Positions 36,336-45,504 of a stretch of DNA of 64,000 nucleotides are shown here, piece after piece (the first letter of the stretch is position 1; each line of letters begins with the position of its first letter). The translations under genes were made by a program, and so were the position numbers. Below the pieces are notes generated by a model that saw only the letters and a program-made list of their open reading frames with translations, searched no databases and was not told the DNA's origin. Source of the DNA: an uncultured Desulfocapsaceae bacterium (GTDB lineage: Bacteria; Desulfobacterota; Desulfobulbia; Desulfobulbales; Desulfocapsaceae); NCBI GenBank assembly GCA_964623625.1, contig CAZUUJ010000014.1, positions 110 through 64,109 of the forward strand, given 5' to 3'.

Positions 36336-37289
36336 TTATTCTTCTTCCGCTTCAATTCCCTCGAGTTTCCAATCTTCAGTATTCACTGGTCGGGCCCAAG
36401 TCCAACGCTCGGCGAATTTCACCGGCTCTGTCATGGAACCGTCAATCAACTCACCTGACCGATCATCGACCGTGTAGTCGAGCAGACTGGCTGTAAAAAG
36501 AATAGTGAGATAATCCTCTGATCCGTCACTGCCGGCATCGACGATTTCCACATCCCTGATAGCAATGGATTCGAGTTTATTGATATGCCCTTTGCGGCGC
36601 ATCTCCTCAAAATGCTTTTCATATTCAACAGCCAGTTGTTGCCCCAGCAGATGTTCGTAAGACGACAGATCACGCCGCATCCAGCCGGCCTGCACCTGGA
36701 AGAACACATCGGCAGCCACCTCGACAAAATAGTTTTCATCGAATCCCGGATCGGTTGCCCTGATTTCCGTAAAACCGGCCTCCAATGAATGGACAGGTGA
36801 CTGCGGTTTAGGCGGAATATCGACACTGTCCATGGCGCCTGGAAATCCGGCGCCGAATGGAGACTGTCCCTCACCCGTCGGTGGAGGCCGAAAACCGGGG
36901 GATGAGTCGGACACCGGCCGTCTGCGGCTGGCCTTAAAGAGAAAATAGCCGACCAGACCAAGCAGCAAAAGCGGTAGGATACCAAACCCGGTCCCACCAG
37001 CCCCGAACAGAGATCCAAAGAGAAAAGCACCGATGGCACCACCAAGCAGACCGCCCATCAATCCCCGGCCAAAACCCTGTCGGTTTGCCTGAGTTCCTTT
37101 GTTCACAGCCTGATTCGTGCGCTGCTGCGCTTTCGGCACCGCCTGCTTCCTCGGCATGGTCCGCTTAAACATCCGTCCACCCATCCGCGACCGCGCATCA
37201 GCATATTCTGCAATAATCCCCGCTTCGATAAAACTGATAGCGAAAAGGACAAGAAACAACGGAACGAGTTTTTGCATTGCGTTATTCAT
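36336..37289 (-). CDS. Tim44-like domain membrane protein
   Basis: Signal/TM segment, Gly-rich TM region, Pro-rich linker and a C-terminal Tim44-like domain (YFVEVAADVFFQVQAGWMRRDL). Confidence 0.7.
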   Translation of the reverse strand: MNNAMQKLVPLFLVLFAISFIEAGIIAEYADARSRMGGRMFKRTMPRKQAVPKAQQRTNQAVNKGTQANRQGFGRGLMGGLLGGAIGAFLFGSLFGAGGTGFGILPLLLLGLVGYFLFKASRRRPVSDSSPGFRPPPTGEGQSPFGAGFPGAMDSVDIPPKPQSPVHSLEAGFTEIRATDPGFDENYFVEVAADVFFQVQAGWMRRDLSSYEHLLGQQLAVEYEKHFEEMRRKGHINKLESIAIRDVEIVDAGSDGSEDYLTILFTASLLDYTVDDRSGELIDGSMTEPVKFAERWTWARPVNTEDWKLEGIEAEEE

Positions 37290-37512
37290 TTTTAAAATCC
37301 CATATAAAATATTTTATGGATTCCGGCTTTCGCTGGAATGACAAAAAAGAAGTATGCTAAAATTTTTACATACATCATATTCCCAGCTTTTCTACTGTAA
37401 ATAAGAACTCTCTGCAAATAGTATCTTGGGTGTCCAACTTGCACAAAAAGATCAACACATTATAGCTAACTTTGTGTATGCCCTGTTTTCTTGTTCAACA
37501 CATCCCAGTTTG

Positions 37513-37626
37513 AAAAAAAGTTATCAGAAGTGCTCAGGTTTGATTTGCTGGGTTCAACCGCTATAGCTCATCCTATGCGGTTGAGCCCAGGGGATCAAAG
37601 ATGAGTGCTTCTGGTAACTTTTTTTT
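37513..37626 (+). other. Long imperfect hairpin (about 45 bp of helix) flanked by A7 and T8; bidirectional terminator and/or plus-strand structured RNA
   Basis: Arms 37520-37561 and 37577-37618 pair. All six non-Watson-Crick positions are T-G (G-U) on the plus strand. T8 follows at 37619-37626. Confidence 0.6.
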
Positions 37627-37945
37627 AGATTGGGGGGGCTATTGTTACTACAACCCTCATATCAGTCGTCGCCCGTACCCCATGGGGATCGGCAATATCA
37701 CACAGCAGCATATCCCCTGTTTTCGCTTCCATTGAAGCATCATCCGTCAAGAACTCCCCTTCCCCTTCCACAACCAGGATTGAGAGCTGGCCTTCAATGT
37801 CGTGGGAGTGTACCGGAAAAAGGGTGCCTGCCATCAGATTGAAATTGATGATTTTAAAAAATTCCGAATCGTGGAGGACAATCGATTTCATTCCCATCGG
37901 ATTAAATTCTCTTGTCTCGGAAAGCTTCAGTTTTTTCATTTCCAT
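37625..37945 (-). CDS. Cupin-domain protein
   Basis: 106 aa with PVHSHDIEGQLSILVVEGEGEF, a cupin metal motif. Confidence 0.7.
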   Translation of the reverse strand: MEMKKLKLSETREFNPMGMKSIVLHDSEFFKIINFNLMAGTLFPVHSHDIEGQLSILVVEGEGEFLTDDASMEAKTGDMLLCDIADPHGVRATTDMRVVVTIAPPI

Positions 37946-37983
37946 AGTGTTCCTCTTCGAACTGATTTAATTTCGGATGGTTA

Positions 37984-39396
37984 TTATAACACTAAGTTTC
38001 TTTTTAAGCGAAGCAATGTCCGAAACATCGGCTCGGTCAATTTTTTCTCTTTTCGCTCTTTCATAGCAGCGGCCATTAACTCGGGCGGCGGTTTGGTCTC
38101 ACTTATACGAATGCAATTGGGCCGGCTCTTTATTTTGTCATCAATGATCTGTGTCAGCCCCTTTTCACCAAGAAGAGAAGAAACATAAAATACCGGATCG
38201 AGTAGTGACTGATCTTTTGAAATCAGCTTTTCCTTCAATGCTAAATTATACAACGGAGTGGAAGGATATATTCGCAGCCCTTCAGTGACATGAACCATAT
38301 CATCCTGATCGATGTAGGTATCGACAAACTCGAACGTCTCATCAACGGTTGTCACGCTCTCACCTGGACCGCCGAAGATAAAAAACCACATGGTCGGCAT
38401 TTGGTGCTTTCGGATCAGCCCTGCGCTCTGCTGCAACTGCTTGAGAGTAAAGTTCTTTCCCATCTTTTTCAACACTGTGGGGCTGGCGCTGTCGGGAGTC
38501 GAGTCAATCTGGGCAAAGCCCGCCCGCCGCATCAAATCCAATAGTTCATCGCTGACATTGGCTGGATTGATCCCCATGGTTCGTAGGTTCACCCGCAAAC
38601 CTCGACGGACAATCTCCCGGCAGATCGCCTCAGCGTGTCCCGGCGGATCGTTAAAAGTTGAATCGACAAACTCAAAGGTTGCCCGTTTCCCCATTCTTTT
38701 AGAGGCTGCCTCCAACTCATCGACCACATGGGTTGCCTGCCGCTTTCGATAACAACTTCCCTCAAGAACCGGATACGAGCAGTATATGCACCGGTGGATA
38801 CAGCCTCGTTTTGTCTGGATGGGATAGGCTCCCCGTTCCATATAGGGTGAATAATCGATCAGTCTGTCCAAGTCGGCGTAAAAGGGCTCACCCAGATCAA
38901 GATACTCTTTTGTCTGACGGGGTCCCTTCTGCGATCGGCTATCCAGCAGCCAGGGAAGTTCCGATAAATCGGTCCCGTTGTCCAGGCCGCGAAGAAGACG
39001 AAGGAGTTTCTCCTCAGCCTCTCCGGTTATACCATAGTCAGCTCCAGACAACCGCATCAGTTCACGTGGAAAGATGGTAAAACCGCTGCCGCCCAGGATG
39101 AGAAGACCATGGAACCGTTTTCTGATCGGCCCGATAAAGTCGGTAATCAGTTCCGGAATGAATGAATGGGCCGCGCCCTTGACCATATCGTCAATATTAC
39201 GGATTGAAATACCTACATAGTCGGGATCAAAATCGTCCAGACAGTCAAGAACAGTCTCTGTGGAAGCGGCCAGACCGTCTATAACTCTGACCTCATAGTC
39301 GGATTGAAGACGCTGGTGAAGATAACTGAGCCCCAGGGGCGGAACGGGATAGGGTGTTGAGGCCCGATTGGTGGAAATGAGAAGGACTTTTTTCAA
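37984..39396 (-). CDS. B12-binding-domain radical SAM enzyme (3 of 3)
   Basis: Contains MKKVLLISTN..PPLGLSYL..PDYVGISI and KRGCIHRCIYCSYP. Confidence 0.85.
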   Translation of the reverse strand: MKKVLLISTNRASTPYPVPPLGLSYLHQRLQSDYEVRVIDGLAASTETVLDCLDDFDPDYVGISIRNIDDMVKGAAHSFIPELITDFIGPIRKRFHGLLILGGSGFTIFPRELMRLSGADYGITGEAEEKLLRLLRGLDNGTDLSELPWLLDSRSQKGPRQTKEYLDLGEPFYADLDRLIDYSPYMERGAYPIQTKRGCIHRCIYCSYPVLEGSCYRKRQATHVVDELEAASKRMGKRATFEFVDSTFNDPPGHAEAICREIVRRGLRVNLRTMGINPANVSDELLDLMRRAGFAQIDSTPDSASPTVLKKMGKNFTLKQLQQSAGLIRKHQMPTMWFFIFGGPGESVTTVDETFEFVDTYIDQDDMVHVTEGLRIYPSTPLYNLALKEKLISKDQSLLDPVFYVSSLLGEKGLTQIIDDKIKSRPNCIRISETKPPPELMAAAMKERKEKKLTEPMFRTLLRLKRNLVL

Positions 39397-39419
39397 TGAT
39401 TGAATGTAAGACGAATGGG

Positions 39420-39683
39420 CTATTTTTTTTCTGATTCGACAAATTCGGCAATGGTGTCCACAGTCTGCAGGATATTGTGGGCATGGTTCTGATCATTGAT
39501 CACAACCGAGAACTCTCTCTGAATGCCCATCACCAGTTCCAGACCGTCGAGGGAATCAAGACCGAGTTTCTCACTTTCAAAAATCATCTCATTATTACTG
39601 ATCTCTTCCGGTGTCACATCGGAAATGTTCAACACATCGATGATCATCTTCTTGATTCGATAGTGCAGATTATCTTCGCTCAT
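39420..39683 (-). CDS. Acyl carrier protein (2 of 2)
   Basis: 87 aa with the LGLDSLDGLELVMGIQ attachment motif. Confidence 0.85.
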   Translation of the reverse strand: MSEDNLHYRIKKMIIDVLNISDVTPEEISNNEMIFESEKLGLDSLDGLELVMGIQREFSVVINDQNHAHNILQTVDTIAEFVESEKK

Positions 39684-39746
39684 ATTTCCTGGTTGGTTAA
39701 AACGATTGATTCGAGATTGAATATACAGTCGTGATTGACTTACGAT

Positions 39747-40754
39747 TTATAATGACCTGGCAATAGCGTATAACCGGTTGAACAGGCTATGCTCCACCCG
39801 GGCTCGTTCATGGATCATCCCTTTCAACTCATCTAATCTCTCGGGTCCAAGGTCTCTTGCCTTGCCGATCCGGGCAACGAACAGTGAAATCTGCCGCCAC
39901 TCATCACCATTGGCCATCATTTCCGCGGCCAGGCCATCCAGTTGATCATTGTCAAGGAGCTGTGCCGCTTCCTTTAGAAACGAGGCATAGAGAAAACGAA
40001 AGCCACCGCCGCCTGTTCCCCGGTCTTCCAGGATCACGTGGATCATCATGATTTCGTGGGAGAGATGGTCAATATCCCTGCATAACTCCGGCCATCGGGT
40101 CACCTTATCCCCGAACCGCCTGATGCCGCGAATACCCATTAACGGGATCGGCAACCGCAGCATGTAGAAACAGGTCTGCTTGATCCCATCTTTAATTCCG
40201 GCCCGCAGGTCGGCCTCAGGATCAACAGCGGTAACCCTGAATTGGAATCCGGAAGGCGCAAAAGGTCCCTTGACCGATCGCGCCGTTTTCAAGGTACCCT
40301 CATCGAGTTTCGCAATCACCGGGTGATAGGAGTCGCTAATCAGATAATCGGACCCCTCTTTACCGACCACATTGATATAGTGTGCGTTAAAATGCGCTCT
40401 GGCATAGGGGGGAATATAATTCATGTAGAAAAAATCGACCTGAACCGCTACCGGTAAACCTTGTTCGAGCAGTCCGTCCAGCTCTGCCATCGACCGAGCA
40501 GGATCTTTCTGACGGCTTGATTCGATCTGAAGGTTGAGTCTTTTCTGTACCTTTTGCCGAATTTTCCCCGGCTGATTTCTCAGCACAAAGGTGGGAAAAT
40601 CCATGGTCGGCAATTTGAAATAACCGAAGAACAGACCTCCGGAAATACCAAACACCATCGGCTCCGAAATAGCCAGCCCCGCATGATTGATCTGGGTTGT
40701 GACCGCCCCTGATTCACAGTGGGCAGCCATTTTATGGTTAAAGTTGATAGTCAT
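39747..40754 (-). CDS. BtrH-N-like (papain-like) ACP-dependent transferase family protein
   Basis: The N-terminus KMAAHCESGAVTTQINHAGLAISEPMVFGISGGLFFGYF resembles the BtrH N-terminal domain family. Encoded directly upstream of an ACP gene. Confidence 0.6.
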   Translation of the reverse strand: MTINFNHKMAAHCESGAVTTQINHAGLAISEPMVFGISGGLFFGYFKLPTMDFPTFVLRNQPGKIRQKVQKRLNLQIESSRQKDPARSMAELDGLLEQGLPVAVQVDFFYMNYIPPYARAHFNAHYINVVGKEGSDYLISDSYHPVIAKLDEGTLKTARSVKGPFAPSGFQFRVTAVDPEADLRAGIKDGIKQTCFYMLRLPIPLMGIRGIRRFGDKVTRWPELCRDIDHLSHEIMMIHVILEDRGTGGGGFRFLYASFLKEAAQLLDNDQLDGLAAEMMANGDEWRQISLFVARIGKARDLGPERLDELKGMIHERARVEHSLFNRLYAIARSL

Positions 40755-40827
40755 CTGATCGTGTTCGGGTAACCCGCTAGACTATAGGTTAAGACCTATT
40801 CGTTGTTGATCTAATGGTTTATGACAG

Positions 40828-41292
40828 TTAGTCTTTATTTGTAATCCGGCTAATAATAACCTGGGGCAGACCCGTCTTTTCATAACCAATTTCAATCCGT
40901 TCATCATCGCAGAGAACGATCTGGAACAGTTGGGCAACCGGAATGCCAAAAACCTCCGCGTACTTTTCAAGCAGGGCAACGCTGATGGTACTAAAACCTT
41001 TGGGGGTCATATGGTACCGGAGCTTCCTCTTGCTGACGCCGACCCGGACCGCCAAATCCCCCTCACCGATCTCGACCAGATCCTTATAATAGGCAAGCGG
41101 TGAAATTTCCCCCCGCACCAACTCTTCCAGCCGCTGTTGTCTGAGCTTATCGCGTTTTTCAAAGAAATCATCAAGATAGTTGTCAGCCATATAAGAGCCG
41201 GTCTGCATAGGACCGTATGACTGGTCCTCCTTTTCAACGTAGAGGATCAGCTGATGGCTGTGGTCGATTTTAAGATCCTTTTCTTTCATCAA
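40828..41292 (-). CDS. Putative HTH (XRE-like) regulator
   Basis: 154 aa. The central segment DLAVRVGVSKRKLRYHMTPKG..LLEKYAEVFGIPVAQLF resembles a Cro/C1-type HTH. Confidence 0.45.
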   Translation of the reverse strand: MMKEKDLKIDHSHQLILYVEKEDQSYGPMQTGSYMADNYLDDFFEKRDKLRQQRLEELVRGEISPLAYYKDLVEIGEGDLAVRVGVSKRKLRYHMTPKGFSTISVALLEKYAEVFGIPVAQLFQIVLCDDERIEIGYEKTGLPQVIISRITNKD

Positions 41293-41554
41293 ACAGTTTG
41301 TTTATTTGAAATAATCGGAATTGGATACGTCTACTCAAAAACAAGGTGAAACAATTACTATCAGCTACAAGGTTTGTAAATATGGCATTTGACACATTTC
41401 CACCTTCCTTTTCACCTGAATTGCCGTTAAGATATACCGTCATTGTAAAAAAACAAGAGAAATTGAACGATTGTTTTAAAGCAGCCCACTTTTCTCCCGG
41501 TACTCAACCTGTCAATAATACAACCCGGGCAGTCCCATCGATCTGAAACCGGAA

Positions 41555-42343
41555 ATGACTCCTGCTACCACCGAATCAGCAAGCCAAACCACATCGAATA
41601 TGTCCGTCATTAAAGCCGATTCGATCAATAAAACATATAAAGATGCCACTGAACCGGCATTGGACGGGTTTTATCTGAGCATCCCTTCGGCCTCTTTTTA
41701 CGGACTTCTCGGGCCCAACGGAGCCGGAAAGACCACAGCCATCTCCATCCTCACCGGCTTACTGGCTGCCGATTCCGGCGAAGTTACCATTCTTGGCTAC
41801 AGCCTGAAAGACGAAAAAACAACCATTCAGCAGAAGATCGGATTTGTCCCCCAGGATCTGGCCATTTATGAAAAAATGACCGGGTATGAAAACCTGAAAT
41901 TTTTCGCCAGACTCTACGGCCTATCAGGTGCTCTTCTTGCTGAACGAATATCCGAATGCCTTGAGTTCACCAGGTTGACCGATCGGGCATCGCGACTGGT
42001 GTCCAGTTATTCCGGGGGGATGAAAAGACGGCTCAATCTGGCCGCCGCTATGCTCCACAATCCCAAAATTCTTTTCCTTGATGAACCGACGGTTGGCATC
42101 GACGCTCAGTCCAGACAACTCATCCATGAACGGCTCACCGAGATCAACCATTCAGGAACAACTATTATTTACACAACTCATTATATGGAAGAGGCTCAGG
42201 ATCTCTGCTCCCATGTGGCCATTATCGACAAGGGGAATATTATCCAGGAGGGAACGACCGAAGAATTGACTACCGGACAGGGTTACACTAATCTCAACGA
42301 TCTCTTTTTTGCTATTACAGGTAAACAACTGCGCGATGAATAG
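41555..42343 (+). CDS. ABC transporter ATP-binding protein
   Basis: Walker A GPNGAGKTT, signature YSGGMKRRL and Walker B ILFLDEPT. Confidence 0.9.
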   Translation: MTPATTESASQTTSNMSVIKADSINKTYKDATEPALDGFYLSIPSASFYGLLGPNGAGKTTAISILTGLLAADSGEVTILGYSLKDEKTTIQQKIGFVPQDLAIYEKMTGYENLKFFARLYGLSGALLAERISECLEFTRLTDRASRLVSSYSGGMKRRLNLAAAMLHNPKILFLDEPTVGIDAQSRQLIHERLTEINHSGTTIIYTTHYMEEAQDLCSHVAIIDKGNIIQEGTTEELTTGQGYTNLNDLFFAITGKQLRDE

Positions 42344-43637
42344 ATTCCTATCTCATATCATTACCTCGACATGGAAGGAGTTCAAGCTGCTCTCGCGAGA
42401 CAAAGTGGGACTGATCGTCATGTTCATGATGCCTTCCATCCTGGTGATTATTGTCACTCTGGTTCAGGAAAACGTGATGGAGATGTCCGGTGAAAAAAAA
42501 TCCACAATCCTTTTCCTGGATATGGATAACGATCTGTTGGCTTATAAGCTGAAAAAGGCATTACTAGATACCGGCAGGATCACCCTCAAAGAACTGGATA
42601 GTAGAACCCAGAGCGCAACAGATGCCAAGATGATGGTTCAGAGCGGTGATTTTCAGCTCTGTATTATTGTACCAGAAGGGGCGACCCCAAAGCTGAAAGA
42701 ACGAATAAAGCATCTTTTCGATAAACCGAAAACCGGTTCATCAACAGCACAAAGTTTCGATGAACTGGTTATTTACTTTGATCCGGGCGTTCTGCCGGGA
42801 TTTCGTTCATCCATCTCATCCGTTCTGCAGATGGCTGTATCCAGCGTTGAAATGGATTTGAAACTGGCCGCTTTTGAACAGCGCTCCAAACGATTGCTGG
42901 ACCAGATCACTCCGCTTCTTGAGATGGGTGGCGAGCCCATTGATCTGGGACTGGAGAAATTAAAGATACCCCTTCTCACATTAACCGAAAGGGATGTGGC
43001 TGGTGAGAAGCTGGTTGATCCCATCAGCGCCGTTCAACACAATATTCCTTCATGGTCTCTTTTCGGCCTTTTTTTTACAGCCATCCCTCTTGCCGGCTCC
43101 CTTCTGCTGGAACGCAAGTCCGGAATCTGGCGCAGGCTGCTGACCATGCCGATCTCTCCGGTCACTCTGCTGATCGGTAAAATCATCGCCTACACAGGGG
43201 TCTGCTTTTCCCAGTTGCTGCTGATCGTTTCCATCGGCCGTTTTCTGTTTCCTTTTCTCGGCCTGCCCCCGTTTATCATCGAGGTTGATGTCCTGCCCCT
43301 CGTCTGCATCACCCTTTGCTGCTCTCTGGCCGCCTGCGGCTACGGGATTCTGTTGGGCAGCGCCTGCTCAACCATGGAACAGGCATCGATGTTCGGTTCG
43401 ATTTCCATCGTGGTCGCAGCGGCACTTGGCGGCACCATGGTCCCCAGCCATGCCATGCCCGCAGTCATGCAGAAAATCAGCACTCTTTCACCGCTCAACT
43501 GGGGCTTGACCAGTTTTCAGGATATTATGATCAGGGGATACGGGCTGGCGGATATTACGTTGAACCTCTCTCTGCTGCTGCTCTTTTTTGGAGTGACGCT
43601 ATTGATTTCATGGAGGCTTGTCAGGTCGGTTGGTTGA
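42336..43637 (+). CDS. ABC-2 type transporter permease
   Basis: N-terminal TM, a large extracytoplasmic loop and 5 C-terminal TMs. The start overlaps the ATPase gene stop. Confidence 0.8.
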   Translation: MNRFLSHIITSTWKEFKLLSRDKVGLIVMFMMPSILVIIVTLVQENVMEMSGEKKSTILFLDMDNDLLAYKLKKALLDTGRITLKELDSRTQSATDAKMMVQSGDFQLCIIVPEGATPKLKERIKHLFDKPKTGSSTAQSFDELVIYFDPGVLPGFRSSISSVLQMAVSSVEMDLKLAAFEQRSKRLLDQITPLLEMGGEPIDLGLEKLKIPLLTLTERDVAGEKLVDPISAVQHNIPSWSLFGLFFTAIPLAGSLLLERKSGIWRRLLTMPISPVTLLIGKIIAYTGVCFSQLLLIVSIGRFLFPFLGLPPFIIEVDVLPLVCITLCCSLAACGYGILLGSACSTMEQASMFGSISIVVAAALGGTMVPSHAMPAVMQKISTLSPLNWGLTSFQDIMIRGYGLADITLNLSLLLLFFGVTLLISWRLVRSVG

Positions 43638-43641
43638 ATAA

Positions 43642-44637
43642 TCAGATCGCGATTTTACTGATATTCGACCGTTTATAGTCCATGGCTTCGTCGACCAGCA
43701 TCTGAAAATTATCCTGGGTCAACATGGCAGCCTGGACTTCAAGAAGGTGGCTGATACGAACGCAGAATTGCCGGAATTCCCTCATCAGGCGGGTGGATAT
43801 CTTTTTCTTATGTTCGATGATACTGAGTTGCCGCTGCATATCAACACCGTCTAAGACAATCTGCTTCAGTGAACCTTCGGCAATTTCATGGCAGACGGTC
43901 AGGTTCGATAGACAGCCGACACCTGAGCCGACCTTGATGGCATTTTTGATAGCCTCGGTGTGCCCCAGTTTCATAACGATATTCAGATCAGTCATGTAGT
44001 CGCCAAGTTTTCTTTGAAAGACCTGAGCGGTGCCCGAACCCTCTTCCCGTGTAACCCATTGATATTTTTCCAGGTCACCAGAATCCACATCTACCTTGTC
44101 CATAATGGCAGATAGTTCAGGACAGGCCAGCATCATCAATTCGTCTTTGAACCAGGGGGAGACCTTGATCATTTCGTTATTGACCTCACCCTCCACAAAG
44201 CCCATATCGACTTTTCTCTCAACCAGTAACTTTTCAGCTTTCTGGGTGTTATGGACACGAAGATTAAAGACAACCTCAGGATGTATTTTTTTAAACGCGC
44301 TGATGAGATACGGCATGACGTAATTGCCGATGGTAGAAGAGGCAACCAGATTGAGCGTGCCGACTACTTCCCCCTCCTTTTCATTCATCAGGGCGCAAAC
44401 ATTGGACATTTTGCTCAACACATCTCTTGCCAGAGGCAGTAGAAACCGGCCTCGGTCATTTAAAATCAGTGATCGGCCATGACGGTCAAACAGCATTCCG
44501 CCGAGTTGATTTTCCATTTCACCCAATGCAAGGCTGACGGCTGATTGGGTAACAAAGAGCTTTTTACTGGCCCTGGTGACCTGTTTGGTCTCGACTACTG
44601 CTATAAAAATTTCCAGCTGCCGCAAGGTTACTGTCAT
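43642..44637 (-). CDS. LysR-family transcriptional regulator
   Basis: N-terminal HTH LRQLEIFIAVVETKQVTRASKKLFVTQSAVSLAL plus a substrate-binding domain. Confidence 0.9.
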   Translation of the reverse strand: MTVTLRQLEIFIAVVETKQVTRASKKLFVTQSAVSLALGEMENQLGGMLFDRHGRSLILNDRGRFLLPLARDVLSKMSNVCALMNEKEGEVVGTLNLVASSTIGNYVMPYLISAFKKIHPEVVFNLRVHNTQKAEKLLVERKVDMGFVEGEVNNEMIKVSPWFKDELMMLACPELSAIMDKVDVDSGDLEKYQWVTREEGSGTAQVFQRKLGDYMTDLNIVMKLGHTEAIKNAIKVGSGVGCLSNLTVCHEIAEGSLKQIVLDGVDMQRQLSIIEHKKKISTRLMREFRQFCVRISHLLEVQAAMLTQDNFQMLVDEAMDYKRSNISKIAI

Positions 44638-45021
44638 TTTTTCCCCAATTTTAAGGATTTCGCTAAAGGAATTTCATCTAAAATATCAGACAACTAGTAT
44701 ATACACAGCAGCTGAATCGCGCTTCATATTGATTTCTCTAATATTTTCCATTTCAATTATAAATTATACTTTTTCTAATTTGTTTGCTACTCCTTTTCAA
44801 CAGAAGACAACGTAGGGCAGTTTGCTGTTTTCATGGGATAAGACAGTCGTTTTGCAACGGCGGAGAGTTTGTAAGCTACCTGGAAACTCTCGAATATCTG
44901 ATATCGAATTATCAGGGATTTCCAGGATACATATTATATTTCTATTCGATGGTCGTTCATCCGATTGAGAGATTCTTTTTAAGACTGATGGATGACGAAA
45001 AACACTTACTGGAGATTGATT

Positions 45022-45300
45022 ATGGCAGCACAAACAATGTGGTCCTGTAGAGACTCTGTGAGGCGCGAAGAAAAGACCCGATATCCGGTCAAAGATTCAG
45101 GGGCGAAAGCCTGCTGGGAGATTGTCCGTGAGGTGGATGCTTTTTCGTTCAATGTCTGCAGCGACTGCCTTGTTTATATTGCCGGGCAGAAAGATTCCAT
45201 CCTTTCCCGGAATGAAATCCAGGAAATCATGATGTTCAAAGGCATCAATACATTAAGCGGCAGCCATTGCCAACAGTTTACCAACGCCATGGCAAAATAG
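45022..45300 (+). CDS. Small Cys-containing hypothetical protein
   Basis: ATG with a GGAG Shine-Dalgarno 7 nt upstream. No recognisable family. Confidence 0.35.
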   Translation: MAAQTMWSCRDSVRREEKTRYPVKDSGAKACWEIVREVDAFSFNVCSDCLVYIAGQKDSILSRNEIQEIMMFKGINTLSGSHCQQFTNAMAK

Positions 45301-45504
45301 TGGCCGCACTTGTATTTACGACAAAAACATCTTCACGAAAACCTACCAACAACTTGCCGGGAGATCATCCATCCCCGATCACTTCTCCCCCTGACTGGGA
45401 ATGGATGGTCCTCCCGTGTGTTACACTTCATTTTATCTTATTAACTCACTTTTTGCTAACCAAAATCTGTGAGAGCCTTGCAGGAAATACTCTTGTAACG
45501 CACT

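Noticed and set aside
44992-45300. Small Cys-containing protein as a 'two-CW' type sensory domain
   Set aside because: There is only one CW dipeptide (ACWEI), and the spacing does not match what I remember of that family. It is left as hypothetical.
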